Made by a program: the position numbers and the translations under genes. 64,000 bases of DNA from Lama guanicoe (Eukaryota): NCBI GenBank assembly GCA_013239625.1, contig MU053559.1:930001-994000 (forward strand). The letters are read 5' to 3'. This document shows, piece by piece, positions 11,501 through 62,811 of the stretch (position 1 is the stretch's first letter; each line of letters starts with the position of its first letter). The notes under the pieces are model-generated. The model was not told the DNA's origin and ran no database searches. It saw nothing but the letters and a program-made list of their open reading frames with translations.

Positions 11501-12438
11501 TACTGTTTGCATACCCTAGGATGTATCCTGCCTCTGTCTGTGGAAAGTTGTTTGGTGCAGGGGAAGATAGCTATGAGCACTCACCGTACCAGGTGGTTAT
11601 CATGGTTTTTGATTGTGTCCAGATGATGGGGGAGTATAGACCTAGTGTGTATGTATAGGGCTGGGATGGGGAGATGAACACGCATCAGAGCTACAGCTTC
11701 AGAGAATGTGTCTGTGTGGAGATCTAGGTTTGTCCATGATTGTAGGTGCGTTTTGCCTGGATGTGCATGCTCATGTCAGTTTTCCTGGGTTTCCGTGTGT
11801 GGGTGTGGTGTCTGTGTGCGTGTGTAGGTGTATGCACGTACGTGCATACATGCCTGCCCATGAGTGTTACCCTGGGCTTGAGTGTGTCTGTATAGATACC
11901 TAGATAGGTGTGTTCTCTGTACATGCCTCCATATATTTCCTTACTTTAGTGTGTGTCTATATGTATCTCCGCGTCTGTGTTATTCCTGTGTGCCTCCAGG
12001 CCCCCGCCACCCAGGGTAAGGGTGTGTACCCCTCCCAAGTGTCCACCTCCGCCTGTCTGATGCTGTCTACGCCACCCCCGCACCCGTCTCTCTGCCTAGT
12101 TGAGAGTGTATGAACGTGGGAAACCGATCCCCTCGCAGAGTACTGCGTGTGACCCTCCACCCCTTGCCGTGAAGAAGTTATTTCTCTACTTTTGAGTCTC
12201 TGATTGTGCCTCCATTCCCACCCCCCAAATGCGTCCTGTGTTGAATATCAACACCGGAAACGGAATATCTGCAGAGGGTCCTAAGTGTGGGTGCAAGTGC
12301 GTGTGAAGACCAGGATGAGGCGGGGTGGGGGGCTTGCCTGACGCACCCACCCCGCCCCCACTCCCCAAGTTGCGCATCCCCAATCGGAGGCGGGGGGAGG
12401 GGAAACAGGATGCGGCGTGGCGCGTGCGCACTGACGCC

Positions 12439-12459
12439 TTCAGCACCGCGGACAGCGCC
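12439..12459 (+). promoter_or_regulatory. SYN1: RE1/NRSE (REST binding site)
   Basis: TTCAGCACCGCGGACAGCGCC matches the 21-bp RE1 consensus. Confidence 0.95.
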
Positions 12460-12777
12460 TTCGCCCCCGCCTGCCGGCGCGCGCCACCGCCGCCCCAGCG
12501 CTGAGGGCGCGCTGACGTCACTCGCCGCTCCTCCGCAAACTCCCCTTCCCGGTCGCCTTTGGTCGCGTCCGCGCCGCCGCCGGCCCAGCCGGACTGCACC
12601 ACGCTGGGTGCGAGATAGGGGGGCACGGGAGCGACCATCCGCGCTGCGGCGGCGGCGACTCAGCGCTACCTCAGTCTGCGGCGGGCAGCAGAAGAGTCGC
12701 GTCGTGCCTGAGAGCGCAGCTGTGCTCCTGGGCCCCGCGCGGTCCGCCCCCGCGGCTCCTGACCAGACTGCTCCTAG

Positions 12778-52960
<40,183 letters not shown>

Positions 52961-53862
52961 CACCCCACCCTGAGAACCCCCAAATCCCTGGGCAACCCCT
53001 GTCTGGGCCTGACTCCATTTCTCACTTTTGGAATCTCATCCCTTGAGAAGCTCTCTCCTGGATCGCCAAGATCCCTCTTCTCACTCCTCAGAATGCCCAC
53101 ATCCCTGAGGGAACCTCACTCCTGGTCCTAAATCCAGTTCTCACATTTGGAATTCCTGAGTCCTTTTAAAAGCCCACTCCCGGTCACCTAAAGACCTACT
53201 TCTCCATTTTAGAACCTCCGAATTCCTGAAGACCTCCACTCCTGGTCCCCCCAGAGTGTGTTTTCCTTCCTGGGAGCTCCCAAACACCAGGCAACTCCTC
53301 CTGGGGCCCTGAAATCCCTGGAAAACCCCACTCCTGGTCCCAGATCTCTCAAGCACACCTTGTTCCCCATCCCTTAAGAAACTCCTACCTTTGAGACCCT
53401 TTCTATAGATCTCCCATCTCTGGAGATCCACCCCTTCCAATGCCACCACCCAGCCCCACAAGGACTTCCCTTCACCCCCCCACCACCCCCATTCAACACA
53501 CTGGGAGCTCCTCCCGCTGCTAGGACCCCCTCAGTTCCCCAGGGACCCCTGCCCCACTTTCCTGCCTCTGACAGCTGTCTTTAAATATGCAAACTCCACC
53601 CATCCTCCCAGAATCCTTTGCACACAGAAGGCCAGTGGTCCCCCACTTCCCCACCTTTGCCGTGATGTCTGTGTCTGTGACTGACGTGGCCTCCTCTCGT
53701 GCCGTGCTTGGCATATGTGGTCCTCGTTCATCGTGCCGCCTGTGGTGATGCGTGCAGTGGCGCTGTTTGTGTGGTCCGCACCTCCCCCTGACCTCCACTC
53801 CTTGCCTGGACTCACCCTCACCCTCAGCGGCTCTGAACCCCATGAGAAGAGTCGGGAAGCAA

Positions 53863-53868
53863 AATAAA
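53863..53868 (+). terminator. SYN1: SYN1 polyadenylation signal
   Basis: AATAAA about 900 nt after the Ia stop codon. Confidence 0.85.
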
Positions 53869-54316
53869 CAAGCAAAGGCCCAGCAGAATTCTGTGCTTCT
53901 TGGTGAAGAAAGAAGGGAGTCCTTGAACGGTGGGGGAAACACAGGGGACCCCCAAATCCACATGGGGTGCTGGGGACCCCAAAATCCAGTGGAAGGCACA
54001 TCAGGCACAAATTTCCAGAGAGGTTATGAGTGGAATCCCTGCCACAAATCCCAGCCATTGGAGATGGCGGAGCTCCTGAATTTAGAAGTATCCCCAAAGC
54101 CAAGAGGAAACCAAACTATGGAGGCAGGGGTCTCCAGCTTTGGGGGTCCAATTCCAGAAGAACTGAAAAAGTACATAGGGAACCTCTCTTCTCCCAGGGC
54201 AGGGATGGGGGATCCTGAGGCAGTATCAGGGCAGAGACAGAACATTGATTGGTTGGTGGGCAGGGCTCCTTGGCGTGGCAGGCTGAGATTGGCTCCCTGG
54301 TGGCTGGGGGTGGGGC

Positions 54317-54451
54317 CTAAGGCACAAGGCGGGCTGCGCTGAGTAGGCAGGCAGGCAACTCATCAGCCTGGGTACGGTGCAAGGAGGGTTCGGAGGCACT
54401 CCGCTCAATCTTGGGGAGTGACCGCTGCAGCAGCTCAATCGTGGCCAGGAT
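54317..54451 (-). CDS. ARAF: ARAF exon 16
   Basis: [25 protein letters not shown]...ARLVP*. Confidence 0.95.
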   Translation of the reverse strand: MLATIELLQRSLPKIERSASEPSLHRTQADELPACLLSAARLVP

Positions 54452-57400
54452 CTGGGGGCAGGGGTGGGTGAGGAGGGGTGTCCAGAGCCGCGTGGGCACC
54501 CCAGCACCCCCAGACCTCAGCCTAACGAGGAATCGCATACACACGTCTTACACCTTGGAGCCTTGCACACACACGGTTCGCGTTCGCTCCTCAGAGGCTC
54601 CCTCCCCAGGGTGTCCAGACCTCCTCCCCAGCCCACCTGGGGGAAGAGAGGCCGCTCCTCCCGTTGGAACTTGAGGCAATCAGACAGCAGGCGCCGCATG
54701 GCCTTGGGGCAGTTGCTGGAGATTTTGCTGAGGTCCGGGGACAGATAGCCACGGCCCACCATAAAGATAATCTGTTGGGGCGGGGAGGAATGGGGTGATT
54801 GGGGCAGTCCGGGCTGGGAAGCCCAGGGAGTTAGGGGTCTTGAGGGACTTGGGGGGCTCCTTTTTGGGTTATTCTGGGTATTGGGGCCCAGAGGATTGTG
54901 GGTATCTTGTGGCTCTAAGGATTCTGGGTCTCTGAGGACTTGGAAGGATTCTCTGCTTACAGAACAGAGGGATTTCAGCTTAGGGGAAGTCAAAAGTTGT
55001 GTGTCCAGGGCCCAGAGGGTTATGGGTCCACAGGTTTCTAAGGGGCTTAGGGACCTAGAAAGTACTGGGTCTGGGGGAAACATGAAATTCTGGGTCTGAA
55101 GGGGGCTAAAGGATTCTAGCCCTCAGGACTTTATATTTCTGTGGGGGTCTGGAGCCTAAAGTACTGGGGGTTCCAGATACCGAAGCCTGCTGGATACTGA
55201 AGGCCCAAATGGTTGTGGGTATCTGTGAGGATCCCAGAAGCACAGATGGAATGTTTCTGGGCTGTGGGGATTTGGAGCACCCAGGTTAGAGGGCCGTGCG
55301 TGTCTAGGGGTCCAGAGGGCTTCTGGGCATCTCCGGGTATGGGGGATTCAGGAGATTCTGGACTTTGAGGACCCAGATGATTGCGGATGTAGGGGAAGGA
55401 GGCAATTCTGGGTACAGGAGACCCAGGGGATTCTGGGAGTTCTCAGCCCAGAATATTTGCAGTTTCTAGGGGAAGTGTGGCATTCTCAGTCTGTGCAAAG
55501 AAGGAGGTCTGGGGTTTGAAGGCTGATGGGATCCCTTGGCCTGGGAGACAGCGGGTAAGGTGTGGGGCTCACCTGGTCACGGCTGCCAATGTGGCTGTAA
55601 GGCAGTGAGCCAGTCATGAGTTCGTAGAGCACAACCCCATAGGCGTAGACATCCGACTGGAAGCTGTAGGGGTTTGGGTCCTGCATACGGATCACCTCAG
55701 CTGCCTTCAATAAGCCAGACCGAACAGGAGGAACATGGAGGTCAGCAAACAACTGGTCCATAGTCCCAGATCCCATCAGCCACACTGGGTATAACTCAGA
55801 GCCAGCCACACGAGGTGAAGCATGAGTGGTCCAGACCCCCACACCTGGCACTGGCATCCCTGTTCCCACTCAGCCTCCCACATCATAGCCCAGCAGCTTA
55901 TGTCCCTACCTGCCCCCAGTCCAGCCTGGCCCAACTCACCATCCACAGCACCGAGCCCGAGGGCTGCTCCAAGGGCTGGGCCCCGCTCCACCGCGTCTTC
56001 ACTGTGGCCAAGCCAAAGTCTCCGATCTTCACCGTGAGCCCCTCGTGTAGGAAGATGTCCACCAGGGTCAAGGACCAAAAGCCATGCTTCTCGCCCTGAC
56101 TGACGCCTCCACACGAGTCATGCCTCTAACCCTGACCAGAAGACCCTCAATGTCACACGAACTAACCACAACCTTGATATGGGTGGGGAGCTTCAATTAA
56201 TGCCCCCTACACTCAGCCCCCCATGACACCTGACTAGGAAGCTCCTCTGATGGTATCCATACCCGCCATGCCTGTGATTCGGACCAGAAACGCCCCATAA
56301 TGTCCTCCCAAACTGCCACTCCTCAGACCCTAAACTGTGAGTTGCACTGAACAGCCCAACACACAAGAACAGCACCTGAACCAGCCCCAACTCTGACTCC
56401 TGACCAAGAGACCCCCATTAAAGGCCCCTCACCAGCCACAGCTCTGGCACCCGGCAAAGGGAATTGCCCCACGTGCCCCTCCCTGTTCACCCCCAGAGAG
56501 CCCCCCACAAGAGCCATTCCTCTAAGCCCTCGTCCTGTTAGGCACCCCCCACCCTACCCCAGCCCTCAGACAGGGACAGTGAGATACTGTTAGACTTGAG
56601 ATCTCGGTGGATGATGTTCTTGGCATGGAGGTAGCTGTGGGGGTAGAAGAGGTGGCAAATTATCTGGGGGCTATTGCCTCTGCCCACCCCCAGGTCCCCC
56701 AGTCTCTCCCGAGTCCCTGGGCCAGGATGCTCACTCCATGCCCTGGGCCGTCTGCCGGGCCACATCAATGAGCTGGACCATGTCAAAGCGCGTGTCGGCC
56801 ACATGCAGGTGGTGGTAGAGACTGGAGCCCTCGCACCACTGTGTGATGATGGCAAATCCCGGCCGGGTCATGAAGCCCATGAACAGCAAGATGTTGACGT
56901 GCCGCGTCTTCCTGCAGGCAGGGCGGGCGGTATCAGGGCAGGGAGGGCAGACAGCAACTTTCTGAGCATCGAGAACGGCGCTGTTCACTGCTGCCTTCTG
57001 TCAACATTGCTACCCTGTCTTCCAGGAGGCTCAGGGCCCGAGTATGGCCAGATTCAATGAATCTGTGAGATCTGTTTGCTGGGCTGTGATTCCATCCTGG
57101 GGGCTTATGTCCTGAGCTTCCTCATCCAGGTCTCCCAACAAAAGCAGGAGGGAGGGAGTACCACCCTCACCCACTACTGATTAGGGGCACACCACTGACC
57201 CTGACCTGAGCCTATGACCATTTCACGAGATGAGAAAGTGGAAAGCCAACCTTCTCCAGTGATATGTCAACATTATACTGATAAATGCTGGATAAAAATA
57301 TCAGTGACGTGAGATTATATCCTGTTAATCATGAGAAGCTTAAAGGTAACAAGCCTGGGGGGTCTGGATGCAAATGAGATCTTATGTTCCAATCCAGGCT

Positions 57401-60400
57401 TCCCTGGGTACTCATGTGCCATCTCAGGGAAGACACATAACCTCTCTGTGCCTCATTTTCCTCAACTGAAAAACTGTGGTAATTATATGAGCTACCAGAC
57501 AGGGATGTTGGGAGAAGTATGTGAGTAAATAACCTGTGAGGTGCATTGAACAGCCCAACACAACCAAGTGCCCTGAAAATGTCACAGTCCTTGTTATTAT
57601 CGCTATGGGGGACCTGGTCTACCTCACAGAGAAACTCAATCCTGCGTGAACAGAGCCACCCTCATTCAGAAGAAAACCTTCATCCCCTACATAAGTATTA
57701 ACTACAGTTACAATGGTAACATAAATGCAAAAGTACATCCACGATGCTCCACAATTTTGCTCATGTCAGAGTGGAAAACAGAACGAGTGAGCATTCTTCA
57801 TAGCAGTCAAGTTCTGGTTTCAATACTAACACAATGCAAATTCACAGCCTGCTCAAGTCACTGCCATTTCCCAGAGGGGAGCAGAGACTAAGAGTTTTCT
57901 GACTGCGGCATCCATTGTGAGGATGAATATTAAAAATAGCACAAGGAATTCTGATAACATTAACTCTATATCATAATCACGCCCACTTGTCGGGGGGAAA
58001 AGCCCACACCGGCAATCCCAGGAGTGGGAGTAACTAGGGTGGCAAAAAGGAAGCCCCAGGGCTTAGCGCAAATTAATGAATACAGTATTAATGATATGTT
58101 AGGTAGAGCAGGGTAGGGTGTAGCTCAGTGGTAGAGCACCTGCTTAGCATGCAGGAGGTCCTGAGTTCAATTCCCAGTACCTCCATTAAAAAATAAATAA
58201 ACTTAATGACCTCCCCACCCCTAAAAAAGAATACAGAAATGCTTACTGAAAGAATTAACCAGAGCAATTAACAAAATAAAGAAATAAGCAGACCAACTAC
58301 AACCATTAATCAAATAATGATTAAATTATGGTTCTGATTATAGTTAATCTGGCTCTTTAAAGTACTGTATTATTATAATTAATAACAAGAAGGCAACATG
58401 ATAAACATATACTAACAGTGCAGTACAAGCTGAGAAGGCAGGATGCCTTCCTGGTGATGCAGTTAACTCACATTATGCCATTATCGTAAGTACACTCAAT
58501 AACATTTGCATTACTCTGTTAACCTAAGTACACAGGATAACACATGTGGTGGCAACACACGTGATGGCCTGCGGCCATACCCGTTTCACAGCAGGCCAAT
58601 GAGAAGAGCCTCATTTTGGAGGCAGAGCCGTTAATTAATATCAATATTTACCCAAACAGAACTGATAACATCAACAGAGGACCTCTAGGCATAATCCGTT
58701 TCCCAGGGGGAAACAGACAGACAATTGACGATTCCGGTTATAACACGACACAGATACAGGTACTATGCAGGAGGTGCCCCCAGCATGGCCTTTCCTCAGA
58801 GAGGCCCCCAGGCCATGCCTGCCACCCCCCCCTGCCCCTGTCCACACCCGCGAGCCATCTCACCTGAGCACCTGCATCTCGTTCTTGAAGGCCTGGGCCT
58901 GCTCAGCTGTGGGTTGGGCCACCTTGAGAACCTTCACGGCCACATCACCATGCCACCGCCCGCGAAACACGGTGCCAAACGAGCCCGTCCCGATCCTCTT
59001 CAGCAGCTGCACCTCACTGGGTGGCACCTCCCAGTAATAGCCCGAGTCCCGGTACCCGAGATTCTTCTGTGGGCCACACGGGTGGCATCTCAGGGGCCTG
59101 TCCACATCCTTCATCGCTCAGCCTGTGGAGCCCCCACCAAAGGCGACCCGTCCCCACCCCTGTCCCAGAGCTTACCACTTTCTTCTTGTCGTCGGCCAAG
59201 GGTTTCCGTTCCCGCTGCTCTGAAGGGGACTTGGAATGTGGGGACTTCCTCCCCGAGGACACGCTGGCCGGGCCAGGGCTCCCCCGGGGAACTCCAACGC
59301 CACCACCTCTATTACCAGCAGCTGACTCTGGGCAGTGAGCTGGAAGAAGAGAAGAGGGATGGGAGTCGGAGAGAGGACGTGGACAACAGGAGGCAATCTC
59401 TCCTCTGCCTGGTGCTCCTGTGTCACCCCCACCCCGCCTCAACACCAACCTGGATGAGGCTGGAGTCCATGGGGGCTGTGGTGCTGACCATATGGACGTT
59501 GGGGGTGGACGTGGAGCGGATGCGCTGGAGGGGAGCGTTGGCCGGGGCAGGGAAGGGGAAGTGCTCGGGGTCGCGGTGCTGGGTGCAGGAGCTGGCGGGG
59601 GAAAGGCTGTGAAACCACCGTTGGCTGAATTAGAGAACCAGTAAAGCCGCCCCCTGCCCCTGTCCTACGTGTGTGTCTAGCTCACACACAGTAAACGTCC
59701 ACTGTTATTACTGTTATTCACAGACCATTTACTGAGTACCTGCTGTGTGCCAGATACCATTCGAGACAGTGGAAATAAAACGGTGGCCAAACAGATAAAG
59801 GTTCTTGCCCTCACGGGGCTGGCGGCAGTAGGGAGAGAAATAAAAGACAAAGAATATTTACTATGTCCCATGGTGACAGGTGCAATAAAGCAACATAAGG
59901 AGACAGAAAGTGTCACTGGTGGTGTCAGGAAAGGCTTCCCTGAGCAGGTGACATCTGAGCAAAGACTTAAAGCAGGCAGAGCAAGCCATGCAGATAGCGG
60001 AAGAAGAGCAATATATAATATTGTATAATTATATGTACTATTCAAATATATTATGCATTATATAATGTACAGGATGGTATCTGTATTACAATGGCAATGC
60101 TTTAAGTATATATAATAACATTATCTATGCTACACATGCACATATGTGTAATAGATGATACATATTATATATATGATGTCCCAAAAATATTCCTTAATGT
60201 TTCCTTCACTATCCCAAAATGCAATTCATAGGTAATTAACTCACATACACCCATAATTAAAAATAACATAATGCCCTAACTTTACTATTTTATATATATA
60301 CTGTTTTTATTTATATTACATAAAAATGTTTGATGTTTCACATTATATGAAAATAGTATAAACATAACACATTATACAATAGCATACGTACATATAGACA

Positions 60401-62811
60401 TTATAAAATACATAGACACATAAAATGCATATTATATAAACTTATGACATATTAGAGCAATAATATACTTCAACATTGAAATGCTACAGTATAATCTTAA
60501 CATAAAGGAGAAGTGAAAGGGAATTTATGACAAAATAATATGTATTTCAAAATGAAAAGGCTTGAGCATGGTTATACTGGAAGAATTAACAAGGTAGTTA
60601 GATACATATATAGGTGGGTAGATATTGTAATTAATAATAAGAACTTATTATCCTGTAGCAGATCTTGTCCTAAGCATTGGACATGTCTTAACTCATTTAA
60701 TCCTCACCAGAACCCTATGTCGTAAAAGTATCATTATCCCCTCTTCACAGATGAGAAAACTAAGGCCCAGAAAGATTAGGCGGTTTGCCCAAGGCTCCAC
60801 AGCTTCATGCCCTAAACTCACACTTGTAGGCGCTCAGTAAATGTTTGTCAAGTAAACAAATGAATAAAGTATGGCTTGTGGTCTACAGGGGCCTCCAGAT
60901 CTTTTTCTCCTGACAGCAGCCCTTTAGCTAAGGCATCCCCTACCTGGGACCCTGAGGGGTTAGCGGCTCATTCAGGGGGCGGCTCGAGGGAGTCTCATGC
61001 TGTCTGGAGCCTCCGGACAAATCCTGGACACTGTGGTAGAACCTTGAGAGCATTAAGGGTATAAAGCAAGGGAAGGTGGGTCAGCTGTCTGCGAAAGCCT
61101 CGTGGCTGGGCCTCCATCCTCCCCATCCCCCCAGCCACCCCAGGCCGGGCTCACTGTTGGCGGTTGGTACTCATGTCGACACAGACTGTGGGGACCTTGG
61201 AGGAACAATGCTGGTGGAACTTGTATCCACAGGTTTGGCAGCGGAAGCCATGGAACAGAAACTTACGGCAGAAGTCACAAAATGCCAGGCTGAAGAATGT
61301 CTTCCGTACCTGCTGCCACAGAGCAGAGAAGGGTGAGGCCTGGTCAGGGACCCCCCCCCGCCACACCCACGGTCTGCCCCCCGTCTCTACCCTCAACTCA
61401 CAAAATTGTGCATGGTCAGCGGGACGTCTTCGAGGACCTCCACGATGAGCTCCTCGCCATCCAGGGGGGCAATGGCCGTGTCCCAGGCAGTGACTGTCTT
61501 TCGCCTGCAGAAGGCGTGGAAAGGAGTGAGTGGGAGGGTGGACAGGGGCCGTGGGGAGGAAGGAAACCCCTAAAAGTCCCATCAAGCCTGCCATTCATGG
61601 AGTAACAGATGACGTGTTTCATTCTCGTCAGGGCAACTCGGGGGACTAGTGCTCTCCTTGCCCCCATTTTACGGATGGGGAAACTGAGGCTCAGAGGGAT
61701 GAAGTGACTTGTCCAAAGCCACGAGGGATGATGAGTGGCAGGACAGTGTGAAGAGTCCATGCTTTTAATCACGAGCCGAGGAGCAAATGAAACAGTGTAG
61801 AAACAACTAAATCTCAGAAGTACTGAGCAAGCCCCCAACAAAGCAGCTGGTGAGGCCCTGAAATAAATAAAAAGCACTGCGTGGATAAACAAGGTCCTAT
61901 TGTATAACACAGGGAACTATATTCAATTCCTTGTAATGGCCTATAATGAAAAAGAATATGAAAAGGAGTATGTATATAACTGAATCACTATGCTGTACAC
62001 CAGAAATTAACACAACATTGTAAACTGACTATACTTCAATTTTTAAAAAAGCAATGTGTGAATGGAATACAAAAGTTAAGAACCCGAGAACAGAGGAATA
62101 AATGGAAGGTCAGCAAGGCCCACACAGCAGACAGAGAATGAGGAAACCGAGGAAGGAGAGAGCTGACAAGTTGATAAAACAGTGAAAGGACAAACATGAA
62201 TTCTGGGAGGAGGAGACAGAGTGTGGTGAAGACTTGGGGCCCAAGAAGTAGGTAAGTTGCTGACCTTCCAGGCCAACAAACGAACTAACAAAGTAATGAG
62301 ACAAAAGTGGGATGGACTCACGGATTCACTGAAATAAGGGAAGATTATGAGAGACTCTACAGTAGAGTGGAATCGAATGACTCTAAGGAGGGGAGGGAAG
62401 GCTGGGCGCCCAGTTGGGGGCCGGGGTGCCACACTTACCCCTTGATGAGCCGGTAGACCACACAGCAATCCTGATTGAGACCCCGCACCTTGAGGGCCTT
62501 GTCTAGAGAGTCGTAAACACTCATGCCATCCCGGACAGTCACCTGTGTGTGTGTGTGCGCGCGCAGATGTGAGGAGTCAGTGCCCGACAAAGTCCCCAGC
62601 CGCTCCCCTCGGCCCTCTGCAAAGGCCCCCTTCCAGCCCTTGTCACCCTTCTGATCCAAGACTTATAACCGGATCCACGCCCACCCCTCACCAGCTGTGC
62701 TCCCATCACACTCACCACCGTGCGTTGCTTGTTGGGCAGGTACACTTTGACGGTGCCCACTGCCCGGGACGGCTCGGCCCCGTTGGCAGGGGGGCCCCGC
62801 GATGGCTCCAT
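54317..62811 (-). CDS. ARAF: A-Raf serine/threonine kinase; frame disrupted at exon 8/9 as read
   Basis: complement exons 62716-62811,62439-62542,61402-61504,61155-61309,60944-61042,59450-59591,[59325-59339 remnant],59176-59321,58864-59066,56735-56911,56588-56634,55940-56058,55573-55704,54637-54771,54317-54451; RBD, C1, RSTSTP, GTGSFG, HRDLKSN, DFG motifs. Confidence 0.95.
54637..54771 (-). CDS. ARAF: ARAF exon 15
   Basis: [14 protein letters not shown]...ERPLFPQ. Confidence 0.95.
55573..55704 (-). CDS. ARAF: ARAF exon 14
   Basis: [23 protein letters not shown]...SRDQ; AAG acceptor. Confidence 0.95.
55940..56058 (-). CDS. ARAF: ARAF exon 13 (DFG / activation segment)
   Basis: [26 protein letters not shown]...VLWM; preceded by GG rather than AG. 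Confidence 0.93.
56588..56634 (-). CDS. ARAF: ARAF exon 12 (catalytic loop)
   Basis: [15 protein letters not shown]. Confidence 0.95.
56735..56911 (-). CDS. ARAF: ARAF exon 11
   Basis: [13 protein letters not shown]...TAQGM. Confidence 0.95.
58110..58230 (+). mobile_element. tRNA-derived SINE (Vic-1-like)
   Basis: gggtgtagctcagtggtagagcacctgcttagcatgcaggaggtcctgagttcaattccc. Confidence 0.85.
58864..59066 (-). CDS. ARAF: ARAF exon 10 (N-region, Gly loop)
   Basis: [14 protein letters not shown]...IGTGSFGTV...MQVLR. Confidence 0.95.
59176..59339 (-). CDS. ARAF: ARAF exon 9 (59176-59321) fused to truncated exon 8 (59325-59339)
   Basis: LTAQS remnant, then CAG, then AAGNRGG...ADDKKKV in a different frame. 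Confidence 0.8.
59450..59591 (-). CDS. ARAF: ARAF exon 7 (CR2)
   Basis: [27 protein letters not shown]. Confidence 0.95.
60944..61042 (-). CDS. ARAF: ARAF exon 6
   Basis: [16 protein letters not shown]...PQGP. Confidence 0.93.
61155..61309 (-). CDS. ARAF: ARAF exon 5 (C1 domain)
   Basis: [14 protein letters not shown]...[12 protein letters not shown]. Confidence 0.95.
61402..61504 (-). CDS. ARAF: ARAF exon 4
   Basis: [34 protein letters not shown]. Confidence 0.95.
61880..62050 (+). mobile_element. Short L1 3' end (artiodactyl-type); similar antisense pieces near 33510-33680 and 38275-38455
   Basis: aacaaggtcctattgtataacacagggaactatattcaa...actatacttcaatt A-tail. Confidence 0.75.
62439..62542 (-). 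CDS. ARAF: ARAF exon 3
   Basis: [35 protein letters not shown]. Confidence 0.95.
62716..62811 (-). CDS. ARAF: ARAF exon 2, coding part (exon starts at 62870)
   Basis: [32 protein letters not shown]. Confidence 0.95.

Noticed and set aside
58110..58190. tRNA-like sequence, here and at the other SINE copies
   Set aside because: SINE heads with tails and TSDs, not tRNA genes
58725..59612. 295-aa plus-strand ORF antisense to ARAF exons 7-10
   Set aside because: Antisense shadow with a non-ATG start; its continuity also depends on the suspect deletion
61043..61154. U12-like branch sequence CCCTTAAT 10 nt before the AAG acceptor of ARAF exon 6
   Set aside because: The donor is standard U2 (gtgagc); at most a chance match or relic
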